A stretch of 63,987 bases of DNA, filler included, from Microthyrium microscopicum (taxonomy: Eukaryota): assembly GCA_010405405.1 (NCBI GenBank). It is 5 parts of 4 records of this genome, joined end to end, with 100 filler letters (N's around TTAATTAATTAA, not from the genome) between each part and the next. Parts side by side here need not be neighbours in the genome. Positions count along the whole stretch, not along the records: positions 1 to 28,565 come from MU004231.1; 4 more parts are not named here. One strand, given 5' to 3'. Below the pieces are notes generated by a model, which was not told where the DNA came from, ran no database searches, and saw only the letters and a program-made list of their open reading frames with translations. Of this stretch, positions 14,401-26,854 are shown one piece after another (positions within the stretch are counted from its first letter, which is position 1; each line of letters starts with the position of its first letter). Both the position numbers and the translations under genes were made by a program.

Positions 14401-17400
14401 TACTTTAAGTAAAGAACTAAATAGTAATTATTACTATTTAGTTTTATTAGTATACTTTATAGATTAATTAGTATAACCTAATCTATATTATAAAATATTA
14501 TTATTTATTAAAAATAAAAGAGCCTTTAATTCCTACTAAGAAGATATAATATTAACTAGAGTTATTAAATCTAAAATATTTAAGTATATTATATTTTTCT
14601 CTTATATTATTTCTATTTACTTCTAGGTAAGTATACCTCTTATTTACTTTAGTAAGAATAACTTAAAAAATATTAAAAACTATATATACTTAGGTATTTA
14701 TCTCTAGTACTTTATAAATAAAGTACTTAGTAAAATTACGTTTATAAGAGGCTATAGAATTTATAATAGATTATATAATATAAAATTTAGAATATAATAT
14801 AGTATCTTAAGTAATACGTTAAGGCTTTTAATTATTATAGTAGAAAAAAGATATAATCTTATTATAAGTCTACTTTATATAAAATAGCTATTAAACTTCT
14901 ATTTTATTTATACTATTTCTTATTATTTAATTAATACTAATTATAAGTAAACTAGCTATATTAAAGCCTATAATAATACTTACTTAAAATAAACTTATTA
15001 TATAGTAGTAACTATATATAGGTAGCTATAAATAGTTCTTAAGCTTTATAGCGTACTCTTAATTTATTTACTTTACTTTTAAATAAGAATAAAATAATAA
15101 TAATAATTATTAACCTCTTTATTAATTTATTAAAGTTACTAAACCTAAAGCTATTACTATAAATTTACTCTTAGAAGTAGAAGATTATAACTAGAGGCTT
15201 TATTACTATAATATATTTTTTAGTACTAATATTCCTTAACTTAATAAAAATAAGAATAGTAATTCTATAAGTAAAACTATATAGTTATTAATAATTTTAA
15301 ATATNNNNNNNNNNNNNNNNNNNNNNNNNNNNNNNNNNNNNNNNNNNNNNNNNNNNNNNNNNNNNNNNNNNNNNNNNNNNNNNNNNNNNNNNNNNNNNNN
15401 NNNNNNNNNNNNNNNNNNNNNNNNNNNNNNNNNNNNNNNNNNNNNNNNNNNNNNNNNNNNNNNNNNNNNNNNNNNNNNNNNNNNNNNNNNNNNNNNNNNN
15501 NNNNNNNNNNNNNNNNNNNNNNNNNNNNNNNNNNNNNNNNNNNNNNNNNNNNNNNNNNNNNNNNNNNNNNNNNNNNNNNNNNNNNNNNNNNNNNNNNNNN
15601 NNNNNNNNNNNNNNNNNNNNNNNNNNNNNNNNNNNNNNNNNNNNNNNNNNNNNNNNNNNNNNNNNNNNNNNNNNNNNNNNNNNNNNNNNNNNNNNNNNNN
15701 NNNNNNNNNNNNNNNNNNNNNNNNNNNNNNNNNNNNNNNNNNNNNNNNNNNNNNNNNNNNNNNNNNNNNNNNNNNNNNNNNNNNNNNNNNNNNNNNNNNN
15801 NNNNNNNNNNNNNNNNNNNNNNNNNNNNNNNNNNNNNNNNNNNNNNNNNNNNNNNNNNNNNNNNTAGTACGTAGTCCTAAGTAATAATATATTTCTAACT
15901 ATTTAAGTACTACTATAGTATATTTTCCTTATATTCCTCTTTCTACGTTATAATAAATTTATAACTCTTAATCTTTATAATATATTTATTATTAATCTTT
16001 AGTATATTCTCTTTATTCTAATTCTAATCTTATACTATCCTCCTTATCTAATAACTTCTCTATATTATAATTAGACTTTTAGAAAATAATATAGCTAAAT
16101 AGTAGGATAGCTTAAAAAAGTATCTAAATATAACTAAGGAAGAGCTAATATAATAACTTAATATAAACTTAAATAAATATACTTAATTAGCTATAGCTAT
16201 AGAAAAGTAACTTTAAGACTTATACTATAATCTTAATAACTATAATATATATAAAGGAAAGTAAGAAATAATTACTAATATTATATAATATCTAAGTATA
16301 TAACTACTAGCTAAATAAAGCTATTTATATATTAAAAAATTATATTAGCTAAGTATAGAGCATAATAAAGCTATATATAAGGATAAATAATAAAAATTGC
16401 TTCTTACGTTAGTCTACTATTACTAATAAAATATATACTAATAAAAATAAATAAAAGTCTAAACTTAAAATATATATAAGTAAACTTCTATTCTAACTTT
16501 AACTATTTATTAATAATAAATAGAGTCTATTACTAATAGAATTCTATTAATATTTCTCTAAAGCTTAAGGCTAAGAAAATTAAAATAATCCTAAGATTAT
16601 AGTAATATATAACTTAAGATATAGCTATATATACTTCTAGACTCTAACTCTTTCTTAATAGTTATAGATATATAAATATATATTTATAAGATAGTAAGTA
16701 ACTATATTTATACTCTAAACTATAAAAAATTTATAAATAGTAGCTATAATAGTTTTAAGAAAAATACTAATACTCTAAATTATAATATTATAGTTAAGTT
16801 CTTTAAAGAGTTCTTTAAGTATAAGTAATATAAAGAGCTCTTACTTTTTTATAAATTTAATTAAATAAAGAGAACTTCTATTAATAATAAAATCTTATTT
16901 TATAGAGTAATTAATAGTACTATATTAATTAAATAATAGACTACTAAATTTAAAGTAATAAAATAAATTAAGAAATAAAATATAATCTATTACTATATAA
17001 TTTTTAGACTATTATAAATTTCTTCTTCTTCTTTAATCTAAGAAATATACTAATAATTAGAATAAAGCATAATATTAATTATTATAAATAAAATACTAAG
17101 GTATACTAGAATACTTAATTTTTAGATTAAAACTTAGCTTTATAACCTTATAGTTAATAAAGTAAATATTCTTTAAGCAAAATAAATTAGTATTAGATCT
17201 TAATAGCCTAGTAAAATAAGTTAGCCTTAGATATTAAATCTTTATATATACTAATCTAAACCCTAGCTTTAGTTTAAATACTTTCTTATTCTTTAAAACG
17301 TATTACTTATTTTACTACTTCTATATAATAAACTAGTTACCTTCTTAATATATTTATATATATCTATTAAGTTAATAGTATTTAGAGTCTACTAGCTATT

Positions 17401-17619
17401 TAGTATAGATAATAAATAATACTATAGATTAATTAAGTATAAGTTTATTAGATACTTAAAGGTTAGGCTATATTTTAGTTTTTAATATAGTAGTATTTAT
17501 TCTAGCTTTAAAAAATACTTTAAGCTTAATATTAAAAGATAGCTTTATATTAGGCTTAATAAAAGCTTCTAATAAAACTTAAGAGCTAGCCTCTATCTTA
17601 AGTTAAAGAAATAATTATA

Positions 17620-18000
17620 ACTTAGTTTTAATAAAATACTCTAAAGCTTATTTAATAAGGTCTTTAAGCTTTATAATAGAAGTAGCTTATAACTTTAAGC
17701 CTAGAGCTTATTTAATAGAAGCCTTAAGCTTTATAATAAAAGAAGCCTATAACTTTAGGTCTAGAGCTTATTTAATAAGAACCTTAAGCTTTATAAAGAA
17801 AAAAGCTTATAACTCTAAGTTTAGAGCTTATTTAATAGAAGCCTTAAGCTTTATAATAGATAAAGCTTATAACTCTAGTTCTAGAAGTTATTTAATAAAG
17901 ATTATAAAATAAAATGCCTACTATAACTCTTAGTCTAGTAATTATTTAATAAAAGCCTTAAGCTTTATAATAAAAAAAGCTTATAACTCTAACTCTAAAG
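17620..18000 (+). repeat. 60-bp tandem repeat, ~6 copies (possible 20-aa repeat like EPVQQKPQASQQKKPTTPSP after de-RIP)
   Basis: gagcttatttaatagaagccttaagctttataata recurs every 60 bp from ~17645. The same array is at 58775-59150. Confidence 0.9.
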
Positions 18001-19509
18001 TAGTATCTAGTAAGTTAAAGTTAATAACTATTAGTAATTCTAATATTAAGGAAGCATCTTAATTAAACTTTTAGTATATATTAGCTAGATTTAGTAGTTC
18101 TATTTAATAAAACTAAAAAGTATTACTTATTCTCTATATACTAGTAGAATTTAACTAAGAAATAGTATTCTATAGTACTATAAATATTAAGTTTTATCTA
18201 ATAATACTAACTAGCTAATAAGCTTATATATATAAAGAATTATCTATATATTATAAGATTATTAGAATACTATTCTTTAGTATCTTTTTATATACCTTAT
18301 AGTAAGTTTCTATAAAATTAATATAACTTATTAAAGTATAGCTAGTCTATATATAGTTAACGTATTTATTACTATATTTATAGAAAAGTAAATAGTTATA
18401 TAATATATAGATTAAGTAATTATCTATAAAAGATTAAAATAGTACCTATAATTAGTATTATAATAATTAACTAATATCTTACTAGGTTTAATATATAGAA
18501 TTAAAATTAAACTATTATATAATAATAGAAGAATCTAGACTTATTAAATAAGTATAGACTATAAGTATAGTAATGCTTAGTATTTAACTATTATTTATTA
18601 ATATATATAAAGATAGTAACTAATATAGTACTTTAGGACTTATAGACTCTATAGGTTTAAACTCTATATTAGCTTAATTAGTAATAAAGGTAGCTTCTAT
18701 AGCTTACTTATAATTAAGAAAGATAAACTAGTTACTATAAAATAACGTAATAGTAATTACTAATAAACTAGTTACCTAAATAAAGTAATTAAAAGGTTTA
18801 ATACTAGCCTCTTTATTAAAAGTATTCCTCTATATAAACTAGATAAGCTTACTCTAGCTAGTAAAGGTTAGTAGCTAAATATATTTACGTATTTTTAAAA
18901 TAATTTAGTAAATAATTAACTTATTCTACGTAGGAAAAGTAATAATAGTAGCTAGTATTTTGCTTATTATAATAGTATAGTAGTAATAAAAGAGAATATA
19001 AACTTTTAGTAGCTTAATAGAGTAGTAATTAAAACGTTCTTATAAGAAATAATATAAGTCTAATACTAACTTCTATCTAACTATTTAGATTTAGCTTATT
19101 CTACTATTACTAATTATAAACTATAAATCTCCTACTTACCTTATATAATACTTAAGCTTACTTATATATTTAATAATATATTAGTATAATAGCTAAATAT
19201 AACTTTATAATATAGATTAATATAGCTAAATATAACTTTATAATATAGATTAATATCTAGCCTCTACTTTAATATAAGAAAATATAGAAATAGCTTAGTA
19301 TAAGCTTATAATCTTAGGCCTCTTTTATATAGCCTAAGAATTAGTATATATAATAATTAGTATATTAGATAATAATTAAATATAATAGTAGGCTAAATCT
19401 AATTTTATAATATAGGATTACTACTTAGCCTTTACTTTAATATAGCATAGTATAGAAATTACTTAGTATAACTTAATAATCTCTAGCCTCTTTTATATAG
19501 CTTTAGAAT

Positions 19510-19713
19510 TATTAGGAAGCTACGGATGTAAGGAGTATAATCTAGATATAGATATAATTTAAGAAAACTAAGACAGAGAATCTAGAAGAGGGATTAGGGC
19601 TAATAGAAGATAAGCTCTATATTAGCTAAACCTTAGGTACTAAGCCCTTAGCATTACGTAATAAGGATGCTAGAGATCTTATAAAGAGATCTTAACGAAG
19701 AGGATCTATAATA
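19510..19713 (-). repeat. 3' LTR (204 bp)
   Basis: Ungapped match to 26651-26854. Termini mutated to TA...TA. Adjacent to the PPT. Confidence 0.95.
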
Positions 19714-19726
19714 ATACTCCTCCTTC
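19714..19726 (-). other. Polypurine tract (PPT)
   Basis: Minus strand GAAGGAGGAGTAT immediately precedes the 3' LTR. Confidence 0.85.
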
Positions 19727-19999
19727 TAATATTAGCGCTCTTAAGCTAATCTAACTATATAGGATAACGCTATAATAGATATAAAACGTATTATAACTAT
19801 AATAATAAAAGCAAAGAGTTTAATATCCTTCTATATATAACACTATAAGTATTTATTTCTTACTACCCTCTAGCCTACTAAGGCAACTATTAAGTAGTAT
19901 TAATAAACTATAAGATATTCTTAGAATACTCTAGTTTACAAAAGTATTAGGATACCGCTATAGTAATAATAATAACCTTACTAATTAAGAGGAATACTA

Positions 20000-22900
20000 T
20001 TAGAGTTGTATTCTTTATCCTTTTTCTTCTAAGGATTAATAAATAACTCGTAAGGGCCTAGTTTTATAAGATTGTAGTTATAAAACTTTGCGACAAGCTT
20101 AAGGTATAATTTAAGATCTATCTATAGTTACTAATCTAGGTTGCAATTTTAATTATCCTATCTAGTAAATTTAACTTTATATTAGAGTATCTTCTTCTTA
20201 CCTTTTCCTCGTTAGTTGTACTAGTAGCTATTAATAACGTAATTAACTAACTATTCCTACTTATTGTCGTTTCCTTCTAGATTAGTAATAGCTAAAAGGT
20301 TGTTAAATTCTTGTAGCATAGCGGCGCCTTTAGGAATAAGGTATAAAAGCTAAGCGTAGAAGATAGGATATATTTTTATCTTCTTAGAGAGATTAAGCTT
20401 ATAAGTAAATATATTAATCTTCTTTAAGATCTTAAATAGGCTAGTAGATTTATTATTAAGTAATTTAGAGGAGTAAAGGGTTTTATAGTAGCGTATATCT
20501 AAACGTACCTAGTTGCTTAGTTTAAGGTTAGGTATAGGATGGCGGTATTAGTTAACTTGCTTATTCATTAGTACCTAGAACTATAAAATTTACTTACAAA
20601 GGTAATTGCGCAAGTCTTATCTATCTTTAAGGAACGCGTCTACGAAGCGTTATTTATTTTATACTAGCTTAGAGCCTATATATGCTTTGCCTAGTACGAC
20701 TAATTCTAAGCTAGATCGTAGTAGTAAGCCATTAAGTGCTTTAAATAGGCTCATTTTAGTAGTAACGTAAATAGTATAGTTAGCCTTAAATTTAGCAAAT
20801 AGTAGGAGTCTAACTTAATTATTTTATTAGTAATTAATAAAGTATTATAAGTACGCCTTTAAGGCTTATACTATAATCTTAGTAATACCGTTAGATTATA
20901 GGTACTAAGTAGTAGTAAGGCGGATTATTACTCTAACTTACTTATATAAGCGGCGCTAGAAGGCTAAAGTAAATTAGGATCTATAATTAGATAAAATAAA
21001 GTCTAGCTAGCTAGTATACTTCTAGATCTAGTTAAGGAATGCTAATACTATTATCTAGACGCTAAAGTTAGCTAAAGGTATAAAGTAGTAGGTATAAGTA
21101 AGTCTATTAACTACTATTATAGCGTAGCGATAAATAACTCCTAAGTAGACATATAGTAGTAACGTAATAGCAAAGTTAATTAAGATATTAGCCTATGCGT
21201 AGTTTAGTAGAGGGAATAACTATAGTAGGCCTTATTTCTTTTGTATTACTAGCTTAGAGAAAGCGTAGTAGCATTGTTTTATATATTGCTTAATGTCTTC
21301 TGCTATATAAGGCTAGTAATAGAATTAAGATAGACGTTAATAAGTCGTAGTAGTGCCTCTATATTCTATAATCTTATAATTATATATATATTATATTATA
21401 TAATAGCAAAGTTTTTTATAAAAGACTAGTAAGTGCTAGTAATATTAAATAGTTCTATCTATAAGGACTTAATAGTCTTTAAGCTTAATAGATTTATGTT
21501 CTAGTATACTATAGGGTAAGTAGTAATACTATGCTACTTTATAGTCGTAGATAGCCTAAATAAGCTTATCCTTTTTACTTACTTTAATAATATCCTTCTA
21601 TAACGTTTCTAAGTTAGTAAGTATATTCTCTACCTTAGGATAACTAGTTAATTCTCCTAAGGTTAAAGCGTCTTTAGGATGACTCCCTATAGTCAAATTA
21701 CTAGCTAACTTCCCTTCTATAGTAAATATATTAACTTTATTAGTAATAATTATAGCTAACTTAATTATTAAAGAGCATTTACCTTAAACTAGTATAGTTG
21801 CTACCTTAATAGCTTAACGCGTATTATAAGTAATTACATTAAATACATAGCGCGTACTATAGGTATTAGCGAAATAGTAAAGGAATAGTATAGGACGTAC
21901 TTATTATACGACTCGTAAGTCGTTATTAGATTATAGTAGGTCCTAAGACTATTAAGTAAGGGTATTAGCTTTAGCGTTTAATAATCTATTACGGTATTTA
22001 ATTTTAAATTAGAATTATAATAAGAACTCTGCCTAGCGTGCTTAACGGTAGGAGAGCTTTTTTATAGATATAAATAACTATAAATTAAGATAGTCTATAT
22101 AGACTTTAATAAGATTATTAGTAGAGAATAGCTTTAATTCCTATTCTTTAAATACGTAAATAATTACAAGTAGTTCCTTATTATAGATATCATAGTTATA
22201 CTCTGCTAGTATTATCTTTTTAGATAAGAAGGTAATTAAGTAAAGTTCTTTATTATTATTCTTTTGTAATAAGACTATTATAGCAACCTAGTTAGAAGCA
22301 TTAGTTTTAAGCTAGGTTTCTTTATTAAGATTAAAATATTATAAGATTAATACTATAGTAAAAGCTTTCTTTAGAGCTTTAAAAGTAGCTTCTTTAGAGC
22401 TATCTAAGTTCTAAAAATATCGTTAAGGGACGTCCTTTTTAGTAAGTACTATTATTAGTGCTACGATTTTTAAGTATTCTTTAATAAATTAGTAATAGAA
22501 GTTTGTAAAGCCTAGGAATATCTAGATATTTTTAAGTAATAAGAAACGTTACTATTTTAGTACTACTTTAACTTTTTTCTTATTTATAAGGATTCCGTTA
22601 GGTATAATAATAATACTAAGGTATTTAACGCTCTTAGTTATAAATTCTAACTTAGTAATATTAAGGTAAAGGCTAGCTTTTTTAAGCTTATTAAAGATTA
22701 AATAGACGTAAGTAATATACTCTTCTTTAGTTTTACTCTAGATAAGAACGTTATCTAAGTATATAGTAATAAAGTCGTTTAGGTATTTATACATAGCACT
22801 ATTAATAAAGGCCTAGAATATTCTAAGGGAACTAATTATACTAAATAGCATAATAAGGAACTTAAATAGGCTATAGTAAGTAAGAAAGGCAGTTTTGTAT

Positions 22901-24234
22901 TTATTGCTTTTATAAATACGAATGTTATTAAAGATAGTAATAATGTTAAATTTAGAGAAGAATCTAGCTTTATAGATCTTTATAAGGGTTTTAATAAGAA
23001 GTAGCAAAATATTCTAATTCTTTAAGGTAATTTTGTTTAATCTATAGTAATTTACGTAGACTTAAATACTTTTACCTAGTTTACTAACGTAGAGAACTAA
23101 TAAGGCGTATTAAGAAGTACTTTTGTAGATAAAGCCTTTCCTAAGTATATTTTTAATATACTCTTTAATAACTTAAGCTTATTAGCGTAATATTCTATAG
23201 GACTTCTATATAAGTACTTTAGCTTATAGATTTATTAAAATAGAGTAATTAAATCTAAGGTAATAAGGTAGTAATTTATTAGCTCGTACTAAGTTAAAGA
23301 GGCAAATATATTAATAAAATTCTTTAAGGATTAGGCTAAGTAATTCTTCTTATATTAGTAAATCTTATTTAAGCTTCTCTTACTATTTGGTATAGTCTTT
23401 TATTAAAATTACTATAATGCTAGTAATATTATGCTAAGGAATAAGATCTAGATTTTCTTCTTCTTCTAATACATTAAAATCTTCTTTATATAATATAAAG
23501 AATTAGTTTTTCTCTTACTATATTAGAGTTATAAATATATAGGAAGAAACTACGTAGATATTAGGAGTATTCTTATCCTTCTTTTCTATAACTACTTAGC
23601 CTTTATAATTAATTATAATAGGGCAGTATAAAGCTATATAGCTTTAGAGATAATACTTAAAGTAAAAGCCTAGCGTTTATTAGCCTCCTTAGAGTATAAC
23701 TTTATGCTTATTAACCTAAGGGTCTCTAAGAATAATATTATAGTTAGTAATTTCTATAATGAAGCATAAGGCTTATTTAAGATAAATACTAATACGTAAG
23801 GTAATAAATACTATATAAGTTATAGTGGCGATAGTATAACTATTAGCTATCTTAGCTTAATAGGGTTTTAATATTTTAATAGATTTAAAGCTATAAAGTT
23901 AAAGGTAATAAGGGTTAATAATATTAAATACGCTACTACTTATATTAATAAGGATTTTTACTTTAGTATAAGAGTTATTTAAGAGAAAGATACTTCCTAT
24001 AGTGCTTTACTATTATCCTACTTTTAAGATAGCATTAGTTTCTAATAATTAATTAATTAGTAGATAAGTAGTAGATACGTAAACTACTACTATGTTATAG
24101 TAAGGTTCCTTTTTAGATTTAGATTTACTTAAGTAAGCTTAGATAGCTTCTATCTAGCGTTTCTTTCTTTTATTTTGCGCCTTATTAGAGTTTAGCTTAT
24201 CTACGCGTTAGTATAAAGGAACTACGCATTTCCC
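20000..24234 (-). pseudogene. pol: pol polyprotein relic: protease, reverse transcriptase, RNase H, integrase, chromodomain (C-terminal end approximate)
   Basis: All motifs are in one frame. PR ILINISS (=ILIDTGS) ~23955-23935. The supplied ORF 22813-23007 (FFSKFNII...KTAFLTYYSLFKFLIMLFS) is the RT core. YLDN (=YLDD) 22761-22750. RNase H KTNASN (=ETDASD) ~22308-22291 and NYDIYNKELL ~22200-22170. IN SNYRS*F (=SDRGSQF) ~20991-20971 and T*YL*SNGIT (=AWHPQSDGIT) ~20910-20881. Chromodomain E*LVNYVINS...L*YKVKFTR*D...*L* ~20256-20120. Confidence 0.95.
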
Positions 24235-25700
24235 TAGTATTAGTTATAGGTTAGGGGTATATTATTATTATTTTCTACGCTTAAAGCATAGTATAACTAA
24301 GAAGTATAGATTAAAGCTAATTTAGTTTAGATATTATTATTAGACATAGCGTCTTTACCTTAGTAAGGTATAATTTTAGATTATAGATTATAGCCTTTAT
24401 TACTATATTATAAGTAGCGTTCTTCTTTCTTAAGGCGTAAGAATAAGGTATTACTATAGCGTAGAATTATCTTCTAAGTATTTTTATCCTTATTCTTATT
24501 TTTATCCTTATCCTTATTATTAGACTTTTTATAGTCTAAGAAGTAGTTAACTTATTATAGTTTTGTTATAAATTTAGTACTTATAGTTACTTTACTAGCA
24601 TAGAGATAGCTTATTAGCTCTTTAGTAATTATATTACGTATATAAGTTAGTTTATTAATATTAGATAAGTAGGCTCTATTAGTTTTACTAGTAAACTTAA
24701 TTAGGTAAGAGCTTAAGTTATTAGTCTTCTTTATTTTATTAGATAAATTCTATAACTAAAGAAAGGTAGCTTTACGTTTATTAGTACCTTTAAAATAGTA
24801 ATTAAGATTATCCTAGAACTTTATTATAGAAATATATAAGTTAGGTACGTTATATTAAGCATAATTAATAATAAAGCTAAAAGTAAGGTCTTTATATTTG
24901 TTATAAACCTAGATAGCTTAAGATAGCTTATTAAAAAAGGTATATACTTTATAGTAAAGGTAGTCTTTAACTTTAAGCTTTTACTAAGGGTATAAATCTT
25001 ATTTCTTACTATTATAAATACTAGGATTTTACTATTCTTACATAGAGTTAGTTTTAGAGCTTACTAATACTTTTAAGATAGGTATAGCGCTCTTAGTATT
25101 AAAATAAAAATTTAGGCGTAGGTAGCTTTAAGGGAGTAGTATTATATTAACTTCTTTATTAGAGTTTATCTAGTACGCTAGTTCTTTAGTTTTATAGGCT
25201 AAGTTACTTAGTTAATCTTTAAGGTCTTAGACTTTTTTTTCTAAGAGTATAATTTAGTTATGCTTTTTAGTATAAGAGTTATATAGACGCTTAATAGTAT
25301 CTATAGCTCTAGTTACCTTACGATAATTAATTATATTTTGTTCCTTAAGGTAAAGTTATTACTTAATTAACTAATAAGCCTTACTTATAGCTTAGGCAGC
25401 TTTACCTTTTAGGATATAGATACATTATTATAGGAGGAAATTTTATACTATAGCGTTATTATATATAGTAAAGAGGTCTAATATACTATCTTTATTATAT
25501 TAGCATTCTTTTAATAGATTTACTAAGTTAATACATATAGCTTTAAAAGTAATACTTATAGCTTAGGTAGATTTAACATAGTTATAAAATTATTTAAACT
25601 AGGTATTAATATAAAAGCTAATACTATGAGCAAAGCTTATTCTATCCTTAATAACCTCTAGTTCTATTTTACCTTAAATATAGTAGAGTATAATAAGGTT
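24222..25700 (-). pseudogene. gag: gag relic (start approximate)
   Basis: Zinc-knuckle-like RYL*YSNKGY (=RCLQCGxxGH) from 24419. The frame ends GGA AAT GCG TAG at 24233-24222. Located between the 5' LTR and pol. Confidence 0.7.
24228..24234 (-). promoter_or_regulatory. Putative -1 ribosomal frameshift slippery heptamer G-GGA-AAT
   Basis: X-XXY-YYZ heptamer in the correct gag phase, one codon before a TAG. pol is in the -1 frame relative to gag. Confidence 0.75.
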
Positions 25701-26650
25701 AATAAATATAGGTCTAATCTTTCCTTCTAGGTTTAAAGACTCTTATACTTAGAATACTACTTAGTCTTATATAAAATACGTAGAGATAATATAAGTTTAA
25801 TCTTATAGAGTAATGCTAATATATATTATAAAGTATTATAGGAATTAACCTTTAAGGGCAATCTAATTAATCTAATCTTAGTCTAGTAGATATAGTTATA
25901 TATTATAATATACTACTTTCTTACCTTTATCCTTTTTAGATATATCCTAAGTACTACCTTTAGTTTATTTAATAATATTTAATAGAATTAGGGCTTAGGC
26001 TAGAGAAGAGTAGTAGGAGCAGACAAAAGAATAGCGCTAGCTATAGCTACAAAGTAGTATAGGCATATCGTTATTACTATTAAGGTCGTTAGTATTTAAC
26101 TACTATATAGTAGACTAGGTCTCTTAAAGCTATTAAATTTTAGATTATAAGCATGTCTCTAACTAAAGACTACTAATTAGTTTATTAGATATAGTCCATA
26201 GGGTTAGTATTATATAATAATAAGTAAGTAGTACTAGTACGTAGAGTTTAGCTAAGGTCTTCTAAACGATTTACTTCGTTAGAGTAGTAAGTTTAGGATA
26301 GGGTTTAGGCGTTTTAATTAAAAGTAATTCTTAGTTTAGGTTCATTACTATTAATTTAAGTATATAAAAAAAGATATAAGTACAAGACAAAGCTATTACT
26401 ATAGGTCTAGTAGATATAGGGTAGAAGATACTAAGATCTTCTCCTTAATTACTAATTAGTCTATACTTATAAAGTTATTTAGTCCTTATATATAAATCTC
26501 TACGCTAGTAGGGTTTATTATTCTTACAAGTCTAAAGACTTATTTTTACGTAGAATAGTAGATTTTAGACGCGTAAACTGTCAAATCTTACAATATTAGT
26601 AGGCGCGTTTTAAAAAAAAGGTTTCAAATATTAGAGTAGTCTTAGTTTTA

Positions 26651-26854
26651 TGTTAAGGAGCTATAAATATAAGGAGTATAATCTAGATATAGATATAATT
26701 CAAGAAAACTAAGATAGAGAATCTAGAAGAAGGATCAGGGCTAACAGAAGATAAGCTCTATGCTAGCTAAACCTCAGGCGCTAAGCCCTTAGCATCACGT
26801 GACGGGGATGCCAGAGATCTTATGAAGAGATCTCAACGAAAAGGATCCATAACA
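26651..26854 (-). repeat. 5' LTR (204 bp)
   Basis: Plus strand TGTTA...TAACA inverted termini, followed by TSD AGAAT. Retains many CpA/TpG. Confidence 0.95.

Larger units (their letters stand above)
19510..26854 (-). mobile_element. Full-length Ty3/gypsy LTR retrotransposon (chromovirus), RIP-inactivated
   Basis: Two 204-bp direct repeats (TG...CA in the right copy). 5-bp TSD AGAAT at 19505-19509 and 26855-26859. Gag-PR-RT-RH-IN-chromodomain order on the minus strand, with a PPT. Confidence 0.97.

Noticed and set aside
8963..15304. Possible ORF relics and a purine-rich tract (14145-14260)
   Set aside because: In the frames I read, no recognisable motif emerged after de-RIP. Left unassigned.
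22813..23007. Supplied 64-aa ORF as a functional gene
   Set aside because: It is a stop-free stretch of the RIPed reverse transcriptase, with a non-ATG start and in-frame stops on both sides.
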